A stretch of 64,000 nt of DNA from Cytophagales bacterium (GTDB taxonomy: Bacteria > Bacteroidota > Bacteroidia > Cytophagales > CCMP332), in contig JAVJQT010000011.1 in NCBI GenBank assembly GCA_040218795.1, positions 33,157 through 97,156 on the forward strand, in the 5' to 3' direction. The notes beneath the pieces were generated by a model. That model had not been told where the DNA came from, did not search any database, and saw only the letters and a program-made list of their open reading frames with translations. This document shows, in pieces, positions 38,262 through 46,439 of the stretch. The number at the start of each line of letters is the position of its first letter. Within the stretch, counting starts at the first letter, position 1. The translations under genes were made by a program, and so were the position numbers.

Positions 38262-38700
38262 GAGATATGTCATTGATACCAATTCGTTGATATCCTATTT
38301 TTCAGATATTTTTGGGGAGCCTTCAAAAATATCGAAATCCTCACTTAGTATAATCAATTCCGCCTTTCTTCAGGAAAATGTAGTTTTAATCATCCCTAAT
38401 GTTGTTTTCGTTGAAATATTTAAAAAGTGGTATCGGAGTAATGAGTGGTCAGAGAAAATTAAGTATGAAGTATATCAAAAGGTAATCTCGAGGCCTAATA
38501 TCGAAATTCGCTCAATTGATATTGAGTTAATTGAATACTTTGTGAGTATTACAGAAATTGAGTCTAAATACAATTTCGACAATCATGATAAGCAAATTTT
38601 AGCATGCGCAATGATGCTAGATTGTGATTTGATTACTTCAGATCAAAAGCTAATGAGGTATAATAGAAGAATGAATGTTGTTCCTGCCATACATAACTAA
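38254..38700 (+). CDS. PIN-domain nuclease (gene 4)
   Basis: YVIDTNSLISYF (first Asp), VVFVEIF (Glu), NHDKQILACA (Asp) and LITSDQKL (Asp) give the PIN acidic quartet in the usual order and spacing. Confidence 0.75.
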   Translation: MAKRYVIDTNSLISYFSDIFGEPSKISKSSLSIINSAFLQENVVLIIPNVVFVEIFKKWYRSNEWSEKIKYEVYQKVISRPNIEIRSIDIELIEYFVSITEIESKYNFDNHDKQILACAMMLDCDLITSDQKLMRYNRRMNVVPAIHN

Positions 38701-38840
38701 TGTCTTTTTTATTTTATTAAATTTAAAACAATTAGCAATTACCAGCCAAAATATTCACTTTAGATCGAGACAAGCGGAGCGATTGAAGGAGAATGCATAT
38801 GATGTGATTCCACCTACAAATAACATTAATGGATAAATAT

Positions 38841-39299
38841 CATTTAGGCTTACTTCACTTGTTAAGAATATCCTTATTTAAATGGCCGCAAATCCCTTAA
38901 CATAAAACACAATGTTATTTTACTTTCTTCGCTTTGCTCGAATGTCAAATAACGATTTTATGTTAAATATCCGGCTTATATCACAGCATGTAAATAACTA
39001 TCAGTCTACATTTAGGCTAACTTCAATTGTTAAGAATATCTTTATGTTTATGGCCGCAAATCCCTTAACATAAAACACAATGTTATTTTACTTTCTTCGC
39101 TTTGCTCGAATGTCAAATAACGGTTTTATGTTAAATATCCGGCTTATATCACAGCAGGTAAATAACTATTAGTCTACATTTAAACTAACTTCACTTGTTA
39201 ATAATATCTTTATGTATATGGCCGCAAATCCCTTAACATAAAATCGTAAACGTTATCGTACTGCGTAGCGATAACTGATTTTATGTTAAATATCCGGCT
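38841..39299. repeat. tandem array of three 168-bp units, each with a conserved imperfect hairpin
   Basis: Units start at 38841, 39009 and 39177. Hairpins span 38884-38975, 39052-39143 and 39220-39298. The common stem is TTAACATAAAA/TTTTATGTTAA with a GCCG/CGGC clamp. The apical stem is GTTATTT/AAATAAC in copies 1-2 and GTTATCG/CGATAAC in copy 3. Confidence 0.9.
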
Positions 39300-39438
39300 G
39301 CGCCGTCTATTACGGGATTTGCTATTTGTGTTTCATAATTTATATTATGTTAAGTAAGTTATTTCAGGATATACCCTATTAAGCGTCAATGCTTTGGCCT
39401 TTCTTAATATATTTGGGATAATTAATCATAATCTTATT

Positions 39439-40575
39439 ATGATCTCAATAAATAGAATTCTCCAGCTTACTGTACTCGTTTTATTATTCCTCTCAATCTC
39501 TTGTGACAATTCGAAGCAAAATGAAAGTCAATCCAGATCTCAGGAATCCGAAACCCAATTAGATGAAGATTCTAGTCCTGAAGAAGCCATTGGAGAATCA
39601 GTAACTGAATACTCCATTAAACTCAATGATCATTCTATTCCTTTGAATATTTCTGAAACATTTAAAGAATATGCTGAAAATGCAATTCCCGATAACCTAA
39701 GTCTAAACTCCTCTGAAATAACGGTTTCTGAGCAAATAGAAGCCAATCTGCTGTATTTTGATTCTGCACACTTTTATTTAGAATTCAATGATATTGGCTA
39801 CAGATATATGGCCATATACGACTGGTCGGGTGAAAATTTGGCGACTTCCCTCCTTATCGATCCGGGAATTAAAGGCTTTAGTTCTGCATCTAAGGCATTA
39901 ATTGCCCCGGGGCATTTTCGCCTTGTATACACAATGAAGGATGATTCAAAAATCTACAAACATTATACACTGGATATTGATAGTAAAAAAATTATCGAAG
40001 TAAGCAGTCCTAAAACAGTCCTAGACTATTTTGTCTTATTGCCTGAAAAATACCTCTCTCAATATTTTAATGGCCATATAAATCTCTATCCAAACTTATT
40101 TAAAGGCTCAGACTGGTATCATACCTTTATTTCGAAATCCTATGCCTCAGTTGTTGATTTTAAAAACGGATACCTAAAATTGATCAGTACAATGGCCGTA
40201 TTTCAATCCGATCAGGGTCATTTATTTGTATTGAATAATTCAGCCGGAGGAACTTGTGAAACCTTCATTTTTAATTATTTCCTCAAATACGATCAGGAAA
40301 AGCGCCTTTTTACAGAAATTGAGCCCACCTCTATCCTTCCGGATATCAATAAATACGATTTATTCATGGAGCCTGCCGAAATTGAAAAGCATTTTAAAGT
40401 AGATGAAATTGCATTGTGGTTTAAACCACCTCAATTTGGAACGGTCATGTCTGTTGATGGATTTATAGACGAATGTGGTATAGATGATGAAAGCAAACTC
40501 ACTTTGATCACCAATAAAAAGACGATGAAATTGAAATGGAATAAAGTCAACAGCAAATTCGAAATCCTGGAATAA
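39439..40575 (+). CDS. hypothetical lipoprotein
   Basis: The ATG at 39439 gives MISINRILQLTVLVLLFLSISCDN, a signal peptide with a lipobox Cys. The track's TTG start at 39394 is less likely. No family recognised. Confidence 0.6.
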   Translation: MISINRILQLTVLVLLFLSISCDNSKQNESQSRSQESETQLDEDSSPEEAIGESVTEYSIKLNDHSIPLNISETFKEYAENAIPDNLSLNSSEITVSEQIEANLLYFDSAHFYLEFNDIGYRYMAIYDWSGENLATSLLIDPGIKGFSSASKALIAPGHFRLVYTMKDDSKIYKHYTLDIDSKKIIEVSSPKTVLDYFVLLPEKYLSQYFNGHINLYPNLFKGSDWYHTFISKSYASVVDFKNGYLKLISTMAVFQSDQGHLFVLNNSAGGTCETFIFNYFLKYDQEKRLFTEIEPTSILPDINKYDLFMEPAEIEKHFKVDEIALWFKPPQFGTVMSVDGFIDECGIDDESKLTLITNKKTMKLKWNKVNSKFEILE

Positions 40576-40595
40576 TACCCCGAATTAGCCCAGTT

Positions 40596-41642
40596 TTATA
40601 GCTTTTCCTTTAAATCTTCATTTACATTAATGACTACCTTTCCCTGTGTTTTTCCCGATTGAAATAGTTTGATGGCCTTATACATATCATCAAATTCAAA
40701 AATATGGCCAACTTTTGGGGCTTGAAGCTTCAATGCATTCATTTCTTTGAGTATTTGATGCATCAATTCCTTTTGTTGATAAAGCCAGATCAGGTTAAAG
40801 CCCATTATGGACTTATTGCTTTCAATCATTTTCTGTGGATCGATTTTAGGTCTTGTGAGGTACATATAAGCTAAACGTATCCAATTGGGAGAATTGGAAT
40901 TATCGCCATAACGCGCAGAACCGTAATTGATTAATCTGCCCTGGGCTGCAAGAGCATTGTAACCGGCTTTAAAAACATTTCCACCAATACATTCCATAAC
41001 TATGTCTAAGTCTCTGTTATTTAGCGCGATATGCAATTTGTTTTTGAAATTTTTATCGCGGATAATCCAGTCATTATAGCCTTCCTGTTTTAGAATCTCG
41101 ATTTTACTTTCCGAGCTGACCGTCCCGATGGTATAGGCATCAAATATTTTGGCGATCCGGTTGGCCATCAGACCGACACCTCCGGCCGCGCTGTGAATTA
41201 AAACACAGTCTCCTTTCTTTAAGCGCCCCAAATGCACCATGCCGTAATAGGCCGTTAAACTTTGTACCAAATAAGCAGCACCCTCTTCAAAAGACCATTT
41301 TTCGGGCAATGGAACAATATAATCCGCATCTATATTGATATGCGAGGTATAGGCACCAAATCTTGTAATGCCCATCACCTTATCTCCGATTTTGAATTTT
41401 TCAATGCCCTCTCCCAGGGATATGATGATTCCGCTGTATTCCAGACCGGGAACAAAACTGCCTTTGGGTGTAGCGCCATACAAACCCAGAATGGCAAAAA
41501 TGTCTGCGAAATTCAGTCCTATGCTGTGTATTTCTACTTGAACCTCCCCTTTTGAGGGTTCTTTTATGTCCTCAGATACCAATTTGAGGTTTTTGATATT
41601 ACCTGCCTTTGCAATGCGATAGGCTTTTCTGCTTTTACTCAT
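40596..41642 (-). CDS. medium-chain dehydrogenase/reductase (quinone oxidoreductase / zinc-type ADH family)
   Basis: GroES-like N-terminal domain and the Rossmann motif IHSAAGGVGLMA. Confidence 0.8.
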   Translation of the reverse strand: MSKSRKAYRIAKAGNIKNLKLVSEDIKEPSKGEVQVEIHSIGLNFADIFAILGLYGATPKGSFVPGLEYSGIIISLGEGIEKFKIGDKVMGITRFGAYTSHINIDADYIVPLPEKWSFEEGAAYLVQSLTAYYGMVHLGRLKKGDCVLIHSAAGGVGLMANRIAKIFDAYTIGTVSSESKIEILKQEGYNDWIIRDKNFKNKLHIALNNRDLDIVMECIGGNVFKAGYNALAAQGRLINYGSARYGDNSNSPNWIRLAYMYLTRPKIDPQKMIESNKSIMGFNLIWLYQQKELMHQILKEMNALKLQAPKVGHIFEFDDMYKAIKLFQSGKTQGKVVINVNEDLKEKL

Positions 41643-41746
41643 AAATGCTTTCCAGCCTTAAATGTCATCAGCCATTATTGTCAATCAACTTATCAACGAA
41701 ATTGAACAGAAATTTCGCATTATCACAAATGCAGAATAAATTAAAC

Positions 41747-42073
41747 CTAAGTATCCAAATGCTCTCCCAAACGATCGAGTGAATCCGTCCAGAATTTGTC
41801 GTAAAAAGCCAGCCATTCGGAAACAGATTTTAATTCCTTGGGATTGGCCTGAATCAAACGCTCCCTGCCCTTGCTCTCTATGGAAATTAAACCCGCCGAT
41901 TCCAAAGACTTGATATGCTTTGTCACGCCCTGTCTGCTTATCTCAAAGTTTTGGGCGATCTGTGAAATCGGCATCGCTGCACTGGCAATCACCAGTGCAT
42001 GAAATATTTCCCGCCGTGTGGGATCGGCTATGGCTTTAAAAATGCGATCAATGCGCTGGTTCTGTTTGGCCAT
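41747..42073 (-). CDS. ArsR/SmtB-family transcriptional regulator
   Basis: IFKAIADPTRREIFHAL and ISQIAQNFEISRQGVTKHIKSL. The likely start is MAKQNQ at 42073 rather than the track start at 42109. Confidence 0.8.
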   Translation of the reverse strand: MAKQNQRIDRIFKAIADPTRREIFHALVIASAAMPISQIAQNFEISRQGVTKHIKSLESAGLISIESKGRERLIQANPKELKSVSEWLAFYDKFWTDSLDRLGEHLDT

Positions 42074-42479
42074 CTTTGAGGTAATTTGGTAAAACTGATA
42101 AACAAGCATCCCATCCCATATCGAAATGCCCCATAACTTCTTCAGCGGCTTCTCCGTGTTTGGAAATACCCGAATGCACCAGTATTAATTTGGTCTGGCT
42201 TCCCTCCTGTTTTAGAGTCCAGGTGACAATGGTCTCAATCGCTGATTCTCCCGAGCCCCAGGTGTATTTTAAGGTATAAGGATTCGCTTCAAGAACTCTC
42301 CCCTTCACTTTTGTACTTCCGTGTTCTTCAGTTGCGGTAAGGGTGTATTGATAACCGGCTTCCGCTTTGAAATCGGCATGTATAAACCATTTTGAAATTT
42401 GTTCTGCTTCTGTAATGGCCTTCCATACTTTGTCGATGCTGTGATTAAACAGCTTTTCTTTTACTATCTGATCTTTCAT
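42048..42479 (-). CDS. SRPBCC (AHSA1/START-like) domain protein
   Basis: The KVWKAITEAEQISKWF pattern and the ~140-aa size fit. Pairing with an ArsR regulator is canonical. Confidence 0.75.
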   Translation of the reverse strand: MKDQIVKEKLFNHSIDKVWKAITEAEQISKWFIHADFKAEAGYQYTLTATEEHGSTKVKGRVLEANPYTLKYTWGSGESAIETIVTWTLKQEGSQTKLILVHSGISKHGEAAEEVMGHFDMGWDACLSVLPNYLKDGQTEPAH

Positions 42480-42578
42480 GATTTTTTAATTATATGCAAC
42501 TAATAAGTTGCTAATATATCAGGGATTTTTTTAATATGCAACTATTTAGTTGCTTAATAAGTAAGAATGAAAATATTC

Positions 42579-42995
42579 TTATTGTGAAATTGTACTATTA
42601 TCGACTTTGGAGATTAATTTATAAGGTCTGTTAAAAGCTTCCTGGGATAATTTGAAATGAGCTGATAACAACCTGATATTTTCTTTTGAAAGTCCCTTCC
42701 TGTAATTTAAAATACTTGAAACCATGCCTTTGGATACCTTTAGTATTTCAATCAAATCTTTTGATTTTAGATTATTCTCTTTCATTAGAGATTTCAGCAG
42801 TTGAACCGGATCAAGGTCGCTTAAAGTATTATGTTGCTCATCCCAGTTTTCTATGAGTAAGGTTAAAAGATCAATCTGATCTTCAATATCTGTATTTCGT
42901 ACTTTTTTATTTTGAATAAGAAGTTCACGAAGCTCTTTGCAATATATTTCATATTGCTCTTCATTCTTGATCACAGTATATTTTAAAACTTCCAT
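42579..42995 (-). CDS. higA: HigA-type antitoxin (HTH, XRE-like C-terminal domain)
   Basis: C-terminal HTH KDLIEILKVSKGMVSSILNYRKGLS. Lies 1 bp downstream of the HigB-like toxin gene. Confidence 0.7.
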   Translation of the reverse strand: MEVLKYTVIKNEEQYEIYCKELRELLIQNKKVRNTDIEDQIDLLTLLIENWDEQHNTLSDLDPVQLLKSLMKENNLKSKDLIEILKVSKGMVSSILNYRKGLSKENIRLLSAHFKLSQEAFNRPYKLISKVDNSTISQ

Positions 42996-42996
42996 T

Positions 42997-43329
42997 TCAA
43001 TAATCGTTTATTTTATATTGACGACCCTGTCTACATAATTCGGTGTATTCCGCATGTGTTCCAATCCAGGTCACATACAGATGTACCTTTTTAAATCCGA
43101 AAAAATATTCACATATCATTCTATATTTATTCCCTCCTATATTGAAAACGACTCTATTTGTGCCATTTCCTAAAATATCGGCAGAATTGAAGCTTTTAAT
43201 GATATCTAATGGGTTAATCCAATCAGCGTTCTTCATAATATTGAACCATGACTCAAATCCAGCTAAACTCTGATTATTAGTTTCAATGTAATTTTCAATG
43301 GATTGCTTCTTAATGAGTCTAACCTTCAC
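42997..43329 (-). CDS. higB: HigB-family (RelE-fold) mRNA interferase toxin
   Basis: NRVVFNIGGNKYRMICEYFFGFKKVHLYVTWIGTHAEYTELC is a typical HigB_toxin signature. Confidence 0.8.
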   Translation of the reverse strand: MKVRLIKKQSIENYIETNNQSLAGFESWFNIMKNADWINPLDIIKSFNSADILGNGTNRVVFNIGGNKYRMICEYFFGFKKVHLYVTWIGTHAEYTELCRQGRQYKINDY

Positions 43330-43630
43330 ATTTCATATATCAAAATTAACAATAAGTTTACATAATGTAAACATTTATTCTGATTTCTGGAATTCTCAAT
43401 TATTCATGAAATCATAATTGGGTTTTAAAATTAGCCATCATCCTTCTTTAAAAATCAATCATTGTATGAAGCCCGTCTTTGATCTATTCCATACTGTTTA
43501 TTAATTAGGCTTATTAAGATTTTAATCTGCATCTCAATTCATTTTTAATTCCTAATTCCTAATTCCCAATTTTTAGCCCTTCACACATTCATAAAAAAAA
43601 ATCTGTTTTCAGTCCTTATTTTTGCGGCCT

Positions 43631-45805
43631 ATGGAATTACAGGCCATGGCCAAATTGGCCGCCAGCTACGTAAATACGACCAGCAGACATATATTTCTCA
43701 CGGGAAAGGCCGGTACGGGCAAAACGACTTTTCTCAAATACATTATCGATCATACGCATAAAAAAGCGGTAGTTGCAGCTCCAACAGGTATTGCTGCCAT
43801 CAATGCGGGCGGTGTTACCCTGCATTCGCTTTTGCAATTGCCTTTTGGGTCTTTTATTCCTGAAAATATAGCCTTAGAGCAAACAAATGACCGGGTTTCC
43901 ATCCCAAAGACCCTTTTTCAGGACTTTAAGTTTAATGCCAGCAAAAGACAGCTGATCAATGAAATTGAGCTTTTAATCATCGATGAAGTCAGTATGCTTC
44001 GAGCCGATCTTCTCGATTGTATCGATTTTACTTTGCGTTACCTCCGCAAAAACGCCTCTCCTTTTGGTGCGCTTCAAATCCTGTTTATCGGTGATTTAAT
44101 GCAATTGCCTCCGGTGGTAAAAGAACATGAGAAAAGACTGCTGAGCCATTATTATCCGAGTCTTTACTTTTTTTATGCCAAAGCACTTGAAAACAATGCA
44201 CCCATACATGTAGAGCTTAATAAAATATTCCGGCAGGAAGATCAGGATTTTATCGATTTGCTAAACCGATTGCGTCACAATGCACAAACAAGGGAAGATC
44301 TTAATTTCCTTAATGGCTATTACAATCCTGATTTTGCCGAAGCCGGGGAAGCGGGTTTTATCCATTTGACCACACATAATTATCGCGCGGATAAACTCAA
44401 TCAGCAAAAACTGAGTGATTTGGATGTGCCGCTTTATACCTTTCATGCAGAAATTGATGGCACATTTCCCGAGAGCATGTTTCCTACTTCTGAAGAACTG
44501 CTTTTAAAAGAAGGCGCACAGGTCATGTTCATCAAAAACGATCCGAGCGGTGAAGGGCAATTTTTTAACGGTAAAATCGGCTTGATTTCTAGTCTTACGC
44601 AAGAGGAAATATGGGTCCAATTTGAAAACGGTTCCGAAGTGCTGGTGAGTCCCTATGTCTGGGAAAACAAAAGATACATTCTCGATAAGGAAAGCAATGA
44701 AATTGAAGAAAGCTATCTCGGAAGTTTTAAGCAATACCCTATCAAATTAGCCTGGGCGGTGACGATCCATAAAAGTCAGGGTTTGACCTTTGAAAAAGCC
44801 ATTCTGGATCTCTCGGGCACCTTTGCCCCCGGACAACTTTACGTCGCGCTATCCCGATTGACATCGCTGAAAGGCTTGGTTCTATCTTCTCCCCTTCCCG
44901 AAAATCCTCCGAAAATTGACGAAAGTCTGGCGCGTTTTAATGCCACACAATTGGAGCAAAAAGAACTGGAAGAAAATCTGGAAGACAATCAAAAGGCCTT
45001 TGTATTGGAGCTTGGACAGAATGCCTATGATCTTTCGGCATTGCACAATAAACTAAAGAATCATCAGAAAAGCTTTAACAAAGATGAAAATCGCTCAATC
45101 AAACAGAAATACAGCGAATGGACAAAAGCGATTCTGGATGAAATTCAGGAATTAAAACCCATTGGAGAGGGATTTTCAAAGGAAATTCAACGCATTCTAG
45201 GCCATGCGGATTATCTCGATCGCTTAGCTGAAAGAAGCATAAAAGCAGAAGACTATTTCCTCGATAAACTCCTTCCCATAGCGGAAAAGATTCAGGCCCA
45301 TGCTTCCGAAATAGCAAAGGAAAAAAAGGTAAAGGCTTATCGCAAAGAGCTGGAAGATATCAGCGATGTATTGATTCGAAAGATTCAGGATATAGAACGC
45401 TTTTCATATTTAATCGGGAATTTGAAATCGGGCGCTGATTTTAGAGAAAAATTTAAATCCCGTCTCAGTAAGGATCTGATATCCGGGAAATTAAAAAAGC
45501 CGCCCAAAGATAAAACCCCTACGGCTGAAATCACCTTCAAATTATTTCAGAATGGCAAATCTATTAAGGAAATAGCAGCAGAAAGAGCCTTGGCGGAAAG
45601 CACCATCGAGGGCCATTTGGCTGAATATATAAAAACCGGAAAAATTCCCATCGAAGATCTGGTATCCAATGCCAAAATCAAGAAAATACAAAAGGTGCTT
45701 GAATCCGATGCTGTAGGCTTAGCCGAAATCAAATCCAATCTTCCCAAAAGTTATTCCTATGGAGAGATCAAAATGGTAATTGCTCATCAGAATAGATTAA
45801 CTTAG
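43631..45805 (+). CDS. PIF1/RecD-like SF1 helicase with a C-terminal HTH domain
   Basis: Walker A LTGKAGTGKTT, Walker B LIIDEVSM and motif VI-like AVTIHKSQGLTF. The C-terminus SIKEIAAERALAESTIEGHLAEYI is a helix-turn-helix. The ATG at 43631 is preferred over the TTG at 43622. Confidence 0.85.
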   Translation: MELQAMAKLAASYVNTTSRHIFLTGKAGTGKTTFLKYIIDHTHKKAVVAAPTGIAAINAGGVTLHSLLQLPFGSFIPENIALEQTNDRVSIPKTLFQDFKFNASKRQLINEIELLIIDEVSMLRADLLDCIDFTLRYLRKNASPFGALQILFIGDLMQLPPVVKEHEKRLLSHYYPSLYFFYAKALENNAPIHVELNKIFRQEDQDFIDLLNRLRHNAQTREDLNFLNGYYNPDFAEAGEAGFIHLTTHNYRADKLNQQKLSDLDVPLYTFHAEIDGTFPESMFPTSEELLLKEGAQVMFIKNDPSGEGQFFNGKIGLISSLTQEEIWVQFENGSEVLVSPYVWENKRYILDKESNEIEESYLGSFKQYPIKLAWAVTIHKSQGLTFEKAILDLSGTFAPGQLYVALSRLTSLKGLVLSSPLPENPPKIDESLARFNATQLEQKELEENLEDNQKAFVLELGQNAYDLSALHNKLKNHQKSFNKDENRSIKQKYSEWTKAILDEIQELKPIGEGFSKEIQRILGHADYLDRLAERSIKAEDYFLDKLLPIAEKIQAHASEIAKEKKVKAYRKELEDISDVLIRKIQDIERFSYLIGNLKSGADFREKFKSRLSKDLISGKLKKPPKDKTPTAEITFKLFQNGKSIKEIAAERALAESTIEGHLAEYIKTGKIPIEDLVSNAKIKKIQKVLESDAVGLAEIKSNLPKSYSYGEIKMVIAHQNRLT

Positions 45806-45826
45806 GCGCTTTAAAAATCAGAAAAA

Positions 45827-46378
45827 ATGCTAAAGAAAATATTAATTGGAATTGGAATCCTTGTTGGGGTTTTCATCCTCTGGTCAGTTTACGGTTTATT
45901 TATTGCCACGCCTGTCAGTCCACCGGCCACGGCCACTTATAACCAGGACGGTTTGGAAATTACCATCGAATACAGTCAGCCCTCCAAAAAAGGCAGATTA
46001 ATTTTCGGATCCGAGGAAGACGGTGCTTTACAGCCTTATGGCAAATATTGGAGACTGGGAGCCAATGCGGCTACCGAAATTACCATTAACAAGGATGTTT
46101 TATTTGCCGGTGAGCCATTAGAAGCGGGTACATATCGTATGTATGCGGTTCCAGGACCCGATGTGTTTAAAGTCACTTTGAATTCTGAAACCGATGTATT
46201 TTTTGGTGTATCGGAGCCCGATCCCGAATTGGATATTCTCACCGTAGATGCGCCGGTTGAAAAACCTTCATCTGAAGTGGAGACCTTTACCATAGGATTT
46301 AGTCCTAATGATGAAGGCGTCACAATCGACTTTGTATGGGTTCAAAGCAAGTTTACTGTTCCTGTCACAGTACAATAG
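45827..46378 (+). CDS. DUF2911-domain protein
   Basis: N-terminal TM/signal segment, then QPYGKYWRLGANAATEIT...AGTYRMYAVP, characteristic of DUF2911. Confidence 0.65.
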   Translation: MLKKILIGIGILVGVFILWSVYGLFIATPVSPPATATYNQDGLEITIEYSQPSKKGRLIFGSEEDGALQPYGKYWRLGANAATEITINKDVLFAGEPLEAGTYRMYAVPGPDVFKVTLNSETDVFFGVSEPDPELDILTVDAPVEKPSSEVETFTIGFSPNDEGVTIDFVWVQSKFTVPVTVQ

Positions 46379-46439
46379 AAGGCTTTATCCCAATATAATT
46401 GGGCATTTGATGAACTAAAGGGTAAAGTTTGGCTTTACC

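Noticed and set aside
38841-39299. Possible CRISPR array
   Set aside because: The repeat unit is 168 bp with no repeat/unique-spacer alternation, there are only three copies, and no cas genes are in the window. It is treated as a tandem hairpin repeat instead.
31142-39400. Integron, prophage or transposon explanation for the island
   Set aside because: No integrase, transposase, phage structural gene, terminal inverted repeat or flanking direct repeat is visible. The attC-like reading of the hairpins is kept only as a low-confidence alternative in the findings.
43547-43570. Short AATTCCT AATTCCT AATTCCC tandem motif upstream of the helicase gene
   Set aside because: There are only about three copies of a 7-mer in an AT-rich intergenic region, with no associated structure or gene signal. 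It is probably slippage noise.
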